A DNA stretch of 64,000 nt from Lingula anatina (Eukaryota > Animalia > Brachiopoda): positions 53,298,788-53,362,787 of the forward strand of contig CM120640.1 in the NCBI GenBank assembly GCA_051362555.1. The letters run 5' to 3'. This document shows positions 24,571 through 35,982 of the stretch, in pieces; position 1 is the first letter of the stretch; each line of letters starts with the position of its first letter. Both the position numbers and the translations under genes were made by a program. The notes under the pieces are model-generated. The model was not told the DNA's origin. It saw only the letters and a program-made list of their open reading frames with translations, and ran no database searches.

Positions 24571-27500
24571 CTATGCTGATACCATTGGTGCAACTCCCAG
24601 CTCTTTGGCCAAATCTTCCTATAATACAATAAAAGAAATATGTCTCAAATCATAACAATCATGAACGATTTATAAATAATTAAATAATTTCCTCTACTTA
24701 ACTCAAAATATCTAAAACACTTGAATATGAAGACATACTGATAACTATGAATAATACATAAACTGGAAATAATACACTGTAAGTTTAAATATTAACCTGT
24801 GGTCCATCATCACTTCACAAAGGATGCATATATTATTATTAGCAGGTGACGCAAAGACCTTGTATTCTAAATATTGTGTATACAAACTAAAGCAATTGCT
24901 AATGGAATTACTTTAACAAAGGTTAAGAATTTAAAAAGAGAGGTAAAAGCATATTGTGATACAGATTGTTAAAAACAATCCAGCCAGCCTACCAGATAAG
25001 CAATTTGGTTTGGATGGTATCTTATCCCACCTTCCCTATCACATTGTGACATGTGTTTTCTCTCAGGGTCCCCAGCAACAAGGACTTCACTCTCACCTTC
25101 TGCCTGGAGAGCAATAATAAAAATATGTGAGAGACTGCAAAGAAATGTTGGCACCCAATAAAACCTTGTTAATTTTTTAAAATAAGATGGTTTCCACAGC
25201 AAATAAAGAATAACTTCATAGTTACACATAAAAAATTGCATTTAAACATAAGCTTACTGTTGTTTCTCATCAATGAAACAATGTCTAACAATGTCCTGGC
25301 TTGGAATTTTCATTACTCGGCAAGGGGGGGGGATACTAAATTGGAAAACTGAGAAGGCTTGGATTCAACTATTGATTGTTTATATCCCTTACAAACATCT
25401 TCCTAGTTAGACATGCAAATATACTTCTTTGCAGGTATAATTTTTTCTTACTGGTTCTAGATTTCTACAAGTATCCATCAATTCCTGCATCCTGTCAGTA
25501 AAGCCACTTGCAAAGTTCTCTGGGTTTATTGCTATAAAACACTGCCCCTAAAAAAGGAAAGAAACTACACAAAGTAAGCAAACAAATAAAATGACACCGC
25601 CTTTCTTCTTTCCAAAAACACCCTTTAACACAAAATATAAAGAAGCTCAAAACTTCTGATTATGATGTCTTTCATTGCTACAGTGAATCTTACAATCCAA
25701 CCATTTTCTATTAATGCCTCCTTGAATGCAGTCCCCTTTTCTGTATGGACTGGCGTATCTATAAAATGCTAATCTAAACCCACCACATAATGAACTTACC
25801 AGATTGGCAACTCTGTCAGTTTTCATCCATTTGCGAATATTTGGACCCCACTCTGCACCACTGAGAATTCCACAGAATATTTCCACCAACATGGCCAGCC
25901 CATACCCCTTATAGCCACCTAAAATATAGGAGTATCTTAATTTACCCATTTTTGTCGTGTGTGGGGGGTACAAGTAACAATGCAACAAGCAAATGAAAGC
26001 TATGTGGTTCAAGTAAACGCATAACAATAGCTCATACTGATACTTCTTACCACACTCTTCTGATCCTCCCAATGGCATCAGTCCACCTCCTTCCAAAACC
26101 TCATCTGGATTGGTGGTTTCCTACCAAAATGTGTAATATACCCCATGTTTTCATTTGAATCTACACTTGCATTCCTAAATGCATCCTGACAATTTAATTT
26201 CTCAGAATTCCAATTGATCTATTATACAAATGCACATCATCCAAAGTTTAATACTATAATGTTAAAATACAGAACTTGATTATACTTTATATCATCTTGT
26301 TCAGAAAATGTATAAAATGAGGAAAAAATGTTGCAAAACAAAAAAATCAAAAACAAAAATCTGTCTATAATTTGTATATTTGCTTTTACCTTTCCTGCCT
26401 GGTCTACACCCCAACCTTTTGGCATGTTTGTTCCTTTTCTTTGACAGATTTCGACCTGTAGTCAACAAACACAGTATAAGAATTTTTTCTATACATTGTG
26501 ATTTGAATATTCTTATACAATTATAGTAATAAATAAATGTTAAATTATAAGATGATTATGAAAAATCATCTTGCAAAATATCAGAGTATTTCAAACATTA
26601 TTTTCGCATCTTACAAACTATTACTTTAGATCACAAAAATTGACATTTCACTAACCATTACTTTAGATCACAAAATTTAATTGATTGTTATTCCTGGAAG
26701 GATATTCACCCCAAAGTAAAAACTTTTTTTCTTTTATATTGTGTTGTTCACACTTGCATGCTACAGTTTCACTTTCATATATGAATCAGTCACATTTATT
26801 GCTGTTTCCACATGATTTTAGTTTTACTTATGTTTTTACACTTCAATTAAATATTGGGCCAACCAACTGATATTCCACATGTATAACCACTTATAAAAAT
26901 ATATATTGGGTTTGTTGTACAGAATTTATCTGTATATTATAACAATTAGTCATCAGATGTGTGGAACATTGGTAATGGCATGCAGTAGTTACTGGGTAGG
27001 CAGGCCCGAATTTACCTTTCCATAGGCCACAGTGGTGGTAGCCATGTCTAATACAAAACTATCCCCTTCTTTTCCTGGGGCAGCCAAAGTCAGTGCATTT
27101 GTGCCCAAATGGGCCTATTTAAAATATAATCATTTGATTCATAAAGAGATTATTCAAATCATGCCCATTTCTAATTTTGTTTATAAGCAATCCAGCATTC
27201 TCATGAAAAAATCCTTCTATTCTTGACATTATACATGTATATCAGTGTACATGTTTTTCTGATGGTAGGGTGCCAGAAACTGAAATAAAAAGGTGGGGGT
27301 GGGGGGCAAAGCAACAGAGCATGCATGTAACTCTACCACATTTTTCTGAAACACAAAAAAAAAAAAAAATCAAACAAATGAATCAAAACACATAAACTAA
27401 ACAAATCAGATCACAGCACACCAACCAAAGTCCTCTATAAAGGCTCCTCTGTCACAGCAATCAATATTTATCTCACCTTCCCAACTGCAGCAGTGGAAGT

Positions 27501-30500
27501 TGCCATATCAAGCACAAAACTGTCTCCATTCTTGCCTGGAGCAGCAAGAGTTATGGGGTTAGTTCCTAAAGTTGGCTATTGTAAATTAAAGGAGAAAGTA
27601 AATAGAAGGTCATTATCAAATTTATGATTCTAACATATTTATTACATACTCTTTAAAACTGTATAAACAAAAGAATTTCCATTTAATTTTTGGAAAATAA
27701 AATCACAACCAGACATACCATGTATGTTGTAAAGGAAATATGGTATTATGGTAATGACTCGATCTTTTCCATGGGCAAAAATTATCAAATTTTCAGATAC
27801 ATCATTTTAAAATCATAAAAATTCTATTTTGTAACATTTATGGTGCTTTTGCTTTTAATGCATAGAATAGAACTATAAGGTAGTCTGCTTTTCAATTTTG
27901 TTGTTACCACTCAATAGAATTGCTCTTATTTTAAGAAATTAAGACTTAAAAAATACAGCATCTGTTAATTTCACAATTTTCCCCATTGAAAAGATCGAGT
28001 CATTACCTTATTCCAAGGAAATGAGAATTTCTTCATCTCACTATCATCAAATCATGAAAATAATGCGTCACAATAAATTCGTTAATATATTAAAATAGGA
28101 AATGATTATGACAATCATGTTTAATACTCACTTTCTATATAATTACTGCCAATTTATGACACCTTGTTCATCATCTACATAAATATTCTGCTGTAAAAGC
28201 CACTGACTACAATTTACATTGGAAAACGTGTCTTCTTTTGTTTTATAAAATTATGTTGAAATCTTGACAGATCTGTTAGTTACCATAATGATGACATGTT
28301 ATATTGTTAAGTTAAACAGCTGAATAACATAGATGAAGGTTAAACAGTTAAACAAAAATTACTGCAATGATTTTAAAACAAGGCACCGAAGCTGTCAAAT
28401 GTACAGACAAAAAGAAAATAATTAAATAAAAAATAGGATAATTTGTCAACTTTGTTGCAATATTATTTTAATACATATTTTTTTAAAAATTAGTGTGGAT
28501 TTTTCTGTTAAGCATTACAATGCTTATTCAAGTTTAATAGTAACTATGGGTGTATCTTTGCCAGTTTTTCAGATATGAATATAGTAGTATCTGTTTCAGT
28601 TGTAGAGATATAGGGGCTAGTAAATGTGTGAAGTGCATTTCATGTAGAAAAGTAGGTCAAAGGTAAAATTCCAGGTGAGATTAATATGCCCAGTATATGA
28701 TTTCCTATTCAAGTTGAATAGTAACTACGGGTCTATCTCTGTTATTTTTGGAGCTATACAGGCTGGAAAATTCAAAAACTGCATTTCATGGTGAAAAGTA
28801 GGTCAAAGGTCAAATACAAGGCCACATGCCTATATATGGGTTGCTGTATTCAAGTTTAATAGTAACTATGGGTGTATCTTTGCCAGTTTTTCAGATATAT
28901 GGCTGGAAAATTAGCAACGATCAGTTCAGGGTGAAAAATAGGTCAAAGGTCAAATTCAAGGTCGCATTAAGATTGCCAATGTGTTTTTAAAGGAGACCAC
29001 AAGTGTCATTTCTCACCATAATATTGCAGCAAATCAGCACAAACAAATATTTTTCCACAGAAAATTAAAATTTTTACAACATTTTGGCCACTTTGACCTT
29101 GAAATATAGGTCAAATGTCAACTCCAAGCTCATATTTGAAATCTTCATATATAACTTTCTGACAGACTTCTATAGTAACTTTTCCAATAATTCCAATGGT
29201 TTGGGAGATATTTAGCATTTAATTTTCAAAATATGCTTTAAAAGTAAAAAAAAAATAACAGCATAACCTTTTAAAAAATGGTCTGATTTTCAAACTCGAC
29301 CTGTATTTTATGAATATTCAGTTCTGTAGCTCTGGTTTTACACTTAGTGTTATCTCTGATGGCGACAGACCCAGGTGACGGCTGTATGTACAAACATAAT
29401 GTGTCTGTACATAAAAATACCACATACCTTTTTGGCTCTAGTTGGTACTTGTAATGGTGAAGTGTTAGTGAAAGACATGCCCTAAAAAAGAATAAAAAAG
29501 CTCACATCAATATGCAGACAAGATGTTTTGAAAAAAATAAAATGATGAATATAATGACTTTAAATAGTTGCACAATAAAGTTTATTTGGGTAAATATAGA
29601 AAACAGAAACACTGAAGATTTTCACTCGCTATCTTTTTAATAAACAATTGAAGTTTCATTTTTCAATAGCTATAGAAAAATTAACTGAGATTTACCACCA
29701 ATATTTTGTCTGCTGACAGTCAGACTTTATCAGGAAAATGGGGGCTTTAATAGGTCATTTTGTCCATACAAAATGTTCACATTTGTTCTGAGAAACAATT
29801 TCAATTCAGAAACAAAAAAGTGAATTTGGCTGTGCCTGTCTCCTACTCTGTAAGCTTGTTCCACTAATATTTACTCACAAGGGAATCTTCAATTTTTCTT
29901 TGACTATGCATGAAAAAAAGTACTAAGCCAAATAAAAGCTACATGTAGTACTTTAGAAAACTCAGAAAACACTGTCCCATCCTTATGATGACAGACAAAT
30001 GTACATGTAGATATGGTTCATACAGTATATAGCCAAAGAGCAAATAATATGCATAATGAGGATGCCATAAGTACTTTTTTCTTCATGCCCATTGTCAACT
30101 TCAATGTGGAATTTTGTTTAATCTAAACACATTTCTTTATTTGGATATTTTAAAGCTTCTCAAATATAAATGTTTCATCAAAAAGTGTCAACAAAATGTG
30201 CAACTTTTAGGTTGATCTGTTTTTGCAACAAACAATGTCTCTAGATTTTACAATGCATCTTACTAATTGTCTATTTTGACCTTAATAAAAAAGGTCAATG
30301 GTCAAGTCTACAGTCACATTGGAAACACACTGCACTGATGTTGAATCTTGGTCAGTGCACACAATGACTGGCAAAAAGTATATATTCTAATATAAAAGGT
30401 GTTGGGTAAACTGTTATCTTAATTTCTTTTGGTCTAAGTAAATGTAGATGTGGCAAGATTTTTTTTAGCAAATTAAAATCCACATTGCTTTCAGCTCTGT

Positions 30501-32027
30501 AAGCTTGTGGTACTAGGACAAAATATGCTACTGGTATTACCATCATTCCCTCTTCCAATGCTTGCAAACTGTAAAACCCAGCAATTCCATAGTGGTTAGA
30601 ACCTACAAGAACAATGAGATCATAGCTTGGCTGATGAAATACAGATTGAGGAAGCAAACGGAAAATTTAAAGACATATAAAAAATTATTTTTCAAATAAA
30701 ATAGTGATAATTTGTTGATTGTTTTTTCAAAATCAATTCAGAATTGGATATATTGTGCATATCTTTTCCAAATGAGGACATTCAGTCTTGATTAAAGTTA
30801 AATGTTGGCTGGGATGAAGCCGAAGAGGTGGGTTTATATGGATTATCAATGTGTTTACCTTTAAAAGAAATTACTGATAGAACCACAGTTGGCTGTTAAA
30901 AGCAGTCAAAATTGCTAGGTACCACGAATAGGTTTAATGACTCCATAGAACAGAGGGCCAAAGAGAAAAAGAACCTACCTCTGGCAACTACCCATCCAAC
31001 TCCAGTTTCCTTAGCTTTCTGTATTGCTATCTTCATACAGTAGTTTCCAACAACTGGGCCCAATACATTCTGCCCATCCACCAGAGCTGTGGCCGCCGAT
31101 TCTTTTACTGTTACCGGTTCCATATCATGAACTGTGATGCCAGACTTTATGTCCTTTACATACATATCTGAAATATTATTAAGGACTGAAAGGTTTTTTC
31201 TGATAACAATAAATTTCATTAAAATAACATATAATAATAGCAAATAAACAAAGTAATCTTAATTATTTTTTTTTTTTTTTAAATTAAAAATACAGTTGTT
31301 TCATGTGGTTTTAAGATTCAACAACCGAGTGGGTACACGCCCCCCGGGTACAGTACTGGTACGTACTAGAAGTACCACCTCTAAACACCCGTCTTTCTAT
31401 TCTAAGTTAGTCTTTCTGTATAATAACATACAGTGCAATATTGCATATACACTTCATTTAACCACTTATAAATGAAACAGGGATATTCATGTCCCTACGT
31501 AGTCGGTTAATTCCATGGCTATAATGTCCTCGGTAGTCGGCTTTAATTAGGGCATCTGCCAGCTGACTCGCGTGCTCCTTTTTTGTACCAACTGTTGCCA
31601 TGCAACGTTCTACAAAAGGCTTGATCTCCGTGAATTGGATCAACTTCCATCCCTCCTCTGATGCACTAGAAGAAAACCTTGTTTTGGGGTTATATGTTCT
31701 TAAACGATGTAAAAAATTCATACAAAATAAAAAATTTCTGCCCCTTCCAACCATGTTGGAATTCCCTTTTCAAGGACCAATCAGAATATGTTACTAAAAA
31801 AATTATGAACTTTTTTCATAAGTTTTATTTTTGTCACCAATAAACATAGGTCATGGACATTGACACTGTGAAAGAACTTAGACTATAGTTCTTTTGATTT
31901 CGATATTAAAGAAAACCTCTAAACGAGAAAAATTGACTGAAATACTAACTCGCCTCGATCTAAAATGACCTAGACAAGTGCGTGATGCAGCATACACTCC
32001 GTGAAATAGCCTCTTGATCGAAAGCAT
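24571..32027 (-). CDS. Ldh_2 family (type-2 malate/L-lactate dehydrogenase-like, YjmC/AllD-like) oxidoreductase, multi-exon, probably mitochondrial
   Basis: Exons (minus strand): 32027-31954, 31665-31499, 31167-30979, 30602-30541, 29481-29428, [27575-27477 or 27114-27016], 26455-26390, 26120-26051, 25918-25800, 25547-25452, 25103-24993, 24618-24571 (TAG). All phases are compatible. Family motifs ADYRGHYSHGINRL, VDGQNVLG, GSNHYGIAG, GTNP, DMATS, PLGG..GGYKGYGLAMLVEIFCGIL, VAGDPE. Confidence 0.93.
27016..27114 (-). CDS. Ldh_2 gene alternative exon B (AHLGTNALTLAAPGKEGDSFVLDMATTTVAYGK)
   Basis: 99 nt, tag| acceptor, AAG|gtaaat donor, phase 0-0, 25/33 aa identical to exon A, no stops. Confidence 0.8.
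27477..27575 (-). CDS. Ldh_2 gene alternative exon A (PTLGTNPITLAAPGKNGDSFVLDMATSTAAVGK)
   Basis: 99 nt, tag| acceptor, AAG|gtgaga donor, phase 0-0, canonical GTNP/DMATS motifs. Confidence 0.9.
27750..28007. mobile_element. MITE-like inverted-repeat element in an Ldh_2 intron
   Basis: ggtaatgactcgatctttt...aaaagatcgagtcattacc termini with degenerate inner arms. Confidence 0.7.
28525..29120. repeat. Degenerate tandem repeat (~140-180 bp units with caagtttaatagtaactatggg...taggtcaaaggtcaa)
   Basis: Three recognisable units starting ~28530, ~28710 and ~28851, plus a partial fourth. Confidence 0.75.
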
Positions 32028-32570
32028 ATTATGTATCAACGCTGCTTAAAAGCGAGGTTACCTTCTATTTGGATTTTACACGAGAAAAGTCGATGGCATA
32101 ATATTTTACAGGAAAATCGTGTTCAAGGTAAAACGAATAATGTTGTGCCATTCCATTTGGACGCACATGGTGCATGTAAACTTTCATCATGGCTCTTTTC
32201 ACTGGGTTACAGATTATAAAGTCTTACATGATAAGTTATAACGTTTTAAAGGACCATATAATTACATGAATACTGTACATGCCTGGCAAAGCAGAAACCG
32301 ACCGGGTGCACAACAATCGAGGCTATAATGGACACCGCCTACTGAACGGCTCTAAGCAGATACATTAATTCTTTCTTTGTAAAACTGTGGCAGTAATATC
32401 TTAATTTAAACTTGGGTGAAAACGACAACCAATCTTGTCTATCGTTATCTACGTGAATATTTAAGATAAAAGTCCACCTACCCCTTAGTTGCCATTTTAT
32501 GTCGCCGCTCCTGTTCAACTTGGTGTACACAGTGTGGACAAAGTATCTGACATACTGACCTAAATCTTAC

Positions 32571-33140
32571 CTTGCGACTTTATCTGTAAGGTGCTTTTGT
32601 TATTGTATTGCTTAAAGTGTATAGTTTTGAGGCAATCTGTCTTTTCCTGTCATCAAATATCTTCAAAGCTTCTAGTGAAATTTAAGTTGTACCCAACTTG
32701 AAATAAAATTTAGTGTATTGATGATTTGTATTGAAATGCATGTATTGACCCATTAGAGCCTGCGTCATCAAAACAAACGGCAGCCATACTGGAGGGAGAC
32801 CGGAATCGTCTGCTGCGCATGAACAAGCCATGTCTGTAGTTCAGTTTTCGTTTTCTGTATTTTTTTCATATTTAACCGAGCAAAATGATTAATTACTGCA
32901 GGGTATTTGATCGAGAGAAGGTAACTTACTTTACAAGCGTTCACAGACTGCCTGCAGTGGTAAAAATCCATGGTGAAGGAACTAAAACCATAAACGGAGG
33001 AGAGACGGCGAGGTGGCTTTGAATCAAGACTCTTCGGAAAAGTAAAGGATAAAACTAATTTATTTTATAGCAAAGAATGAAGAGCCAACTGTGCAGATTT
33101 ACCATAAAAGAAAAAACAGTAGAACACCAAAGACCTAGGT
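32571..33140. promoter_or_regulatory. Probable bidirectional promoter and first non-coding exons shared by the Ldh_2 gene (-) and IPP (+)
   Basis: Local CpG enrichment between divergent genes; minus-strand donor AAG|gtaaga at 32571; plus-strand donors at 32920 (GAAG|gtaact) and 33138 (CTAG|gtgtgt); tgcgcatg (NRF1-like) near 32815 and tgcgtca (CRE-like) at 32761. Confidence 0.55.
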
Positions 33141-33732
33141 GTGTACGTTTGGGGCGCACGTATATATTTAAAGTAGTGCCCAAAAAGTGTGGATGGAGAG
33201 TGTGTTAATTTGTTAAAAAGTGTGGAAATACCCAGACAGGGTTTCGACTTTTATAATGAAGACTCACCTATTGCCTTGGGTGTAATTTGTTATCAGTTAC
33301 GGTGCTCTCTAGATTTTATCGGCTGTCACCTACATGTACCTCTTTTATACCTGGTTAGCATTATTCCCAATTAGTGTCAAGGCTATATTTGTACTGTACA
33401 CAGCTGAGCTGGGCCAATTAAATCAATTACCTGTATGAAGTGTATTTGGAAGTTAGTGGCTTAATTTTCGATTTGGTGTAGTGATAAGAGTAATTTTATT
33501 TTGCAAGTAAATTCTACCTCAGGTGTAATTGACATATAACTTTAATAACCTCATGAAATAATTTTGCACTTTCCTCTGTAAAAATGTTAAATTCTGCTCC
33601 TTTCAACTGTAATGTTGTAAGTTATAATATGAATAAAAATCATTATTGTTATCTTTCTATTAATTTAGATTTACATGTAGGAAATTGATCAGGCATTTCC
33701 CACCAAGCCACACTGATTGGGTGCAAGTAAAT

Positions 33733-33736
<4 letters not shown>

Positions 33737-33788
<52 letters not shown>
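33737..33788. repeat. Poly(A) tract (52 nt)
   Basis: Direct reading. Confidence 0.95.
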
Positions 33789-33789
<1 letters not shown>

Positions 33790-34084
33790 GGAAGCTTTTG
33801 ATGACAGGTACAAAAGGCAGCTAGATGACACACAAGGTAGAAGCAGCAAAAAATATTCCTAGATCTCTGTGACCAGCTGAGGAGACAGGATCTGAACATC
33901 AGGAGAGTGAAATCCAGTGCATGACAGGAGTTATTTAATTGAACTCAGCATTTCATGTTCACTTTTATTCATACAAAATGTGCACTTTTCCTATATGTTT
34001 AAGCAAATGGTTGCAGAAATCAATTCATGAACTGAATTATTATTTTACATTGGACATCATAAATACATGATTGTGAAAAATGCC

Positions 34085-35070
34085 TTGCTTCTGTGAATGA
34101 CTGAATAATAATAAAATCCTAACAATGTTGCTTATATGAATGGTTGCATTCATGGTGAATATTAAACTCTCTCAAACAACAGTCTCGTTACATGTACTTT
34201 CTAATGAACCAAAATGAAGTACAAGAATGCTGAAATAATTTAAAAAGTTGATGATGGTATAGAGCAAATGTTCTGCATACTTTACTTCTGTACTGTATAA
34301 ACAATAGCATCTGAAAATCCCCAATATAGTTAGGCTTTACATTAAAAAAAGAGAACAACAAATACCTGATATTGCAGTTTTAAAGTTAATTTAAAATACA
34401 TGAATTTTGTTCACTGAATACCTAGCAAAATATTCTCAATGCAAATGGTATATAAAATTTTATAAAATCAGTTTGATACAATACTTTTTATGACAGTAGA
34501 TGTATTTTGAAAACTTATTTACAACACAACTCACCAGCTTTATTTTGATACAAAGGACACGTCTTTTTCATCATTGACACAGTTTCTATTGCTCCATTGA
34601 TATCAAGTGTATAGTCCCATGGCAAATTCCCATTCTCTTAGCCCCACTTAAACTGAGGTTTGAGGATATTTGTAGTGCCTAACAAATGCTTCTGTGAATG
34701 ACTGAACTAATAATAAAATGCTAGCAATGCTGCTTATATGAATGAACAACAGTCTTGTTACATGTACCTACTTTCTAATGAACCAATATGAAGTACAAGA
34801 ATGCTGAAATAATTTCTGACAGCTTCACGATGTAAAGATAAGTCATAACTAACAGAAATATTTCATGTCATAAGACAATCATACATTCTTCCTTGAATCC
34901 ACAAGGGTTTATCCTAATGATCAGCTCAAATGTTTTATATCTATCCTTTATGAAAACAGTTGCTTCTATTTATGGTTAAACTTATGATTACACATTAAAC
35001 TCTCTCAAACTATAACTGTTATTACCCAATGAACAAGAAAAATGAAGTACAAGATAACTGAACTATCTTC
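34085..35070. repeat. Local degenerate duplication in the IPP 5' intron
   Basis: tgcttctgtgaatgactgaa...atgaagtacaagaatgctgaaataattt at ~34087-34241 and ~34687-34815; partial third copy ~34994-35060. Confidence 0.7.
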
Positions 35071-35982
35071 TGACAACACGATGTTGGGTAAGTAGCATTT
35101 AGTAGGATTTCACGTATTTAGACTGTCTTGAGTTCATATCGGTCGATCCCGCTGATCAGCTGAAGCCTCAGCTTGTATATATCCTTTTCCCTTTGGTGTC
35201 CTTGATCGTGATATGAAGTTTACTTTATTTTATTTGGTTTACCTATATTTACGCTACTATTCCCCGTCGTTCATTCCCTCCAGCATGGCCGCGGGACTAG
35301 TGTTACGGAGCAAATATGACGTCACTGTAATCGGTTAATATTGTACAAGAACCTGGTAGGTTCTCCATCCTTATGTGGAGACTGTCCTATATGCTATTGA
35401 CTGCTTTCCATCCATTGAGAAGAGAAATATGTCCTTGATTGATGAAAAAACATACATATTGATCCAAAAACTGTTCACTCAGGAACTTATGCCTGGACTT
35501 TATTTTTTTTAAGTACATAAAGCTTATGCAGGATCAATTATTCCAAAGGTGTCATGATGTGAAAAAATATATAAATAACTAATAGTATTTAAATTATATA
35601 GAATTTTATGTGTTCACAAATCCATGCACTCGTTATTCCATAAAAACATCTCAGTGTGCTGCTTCTCCATTAATTACCCAAATGGCCTAATACTTTGCTG
35701 TAATACCATTTTGACTGGCAGACTTTCAGAGTAATGGCATTTTGGAGTTATGGATCTTAGAAATTATAGTAATTCATAGTAATAGGACTGGTCCACCCTC
35801 ACCCCCAATTTGAAGTACTGGGTCACAGCAATACTAATGGAATGTGTGTGGATGTTTTCAAGTAAAAAATTTGAAACTACTATAAATATTTTTAAATAAT
35901 TGAAATTCCATGTTGTGTCAGTAACGTACTTACATACAACCTATTTTAATCTATTTTCAGACACTAAGAGGTTCCTGACAAA

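Noticed and set aside
31666-31754. MVGRGRNFLF... as the Ldh_2 N-terminus
   Set aside because: AT-rich sequence upstream of a clear acceptor at 31666; the exon at 32027-31954 gives a better start.
32571-32653. Coding first exon for the Ldh_2 gene
   Set aside because: Its ATG frame and the phase-2-compatible frame both hit stops; at most a 5' UTR exon.
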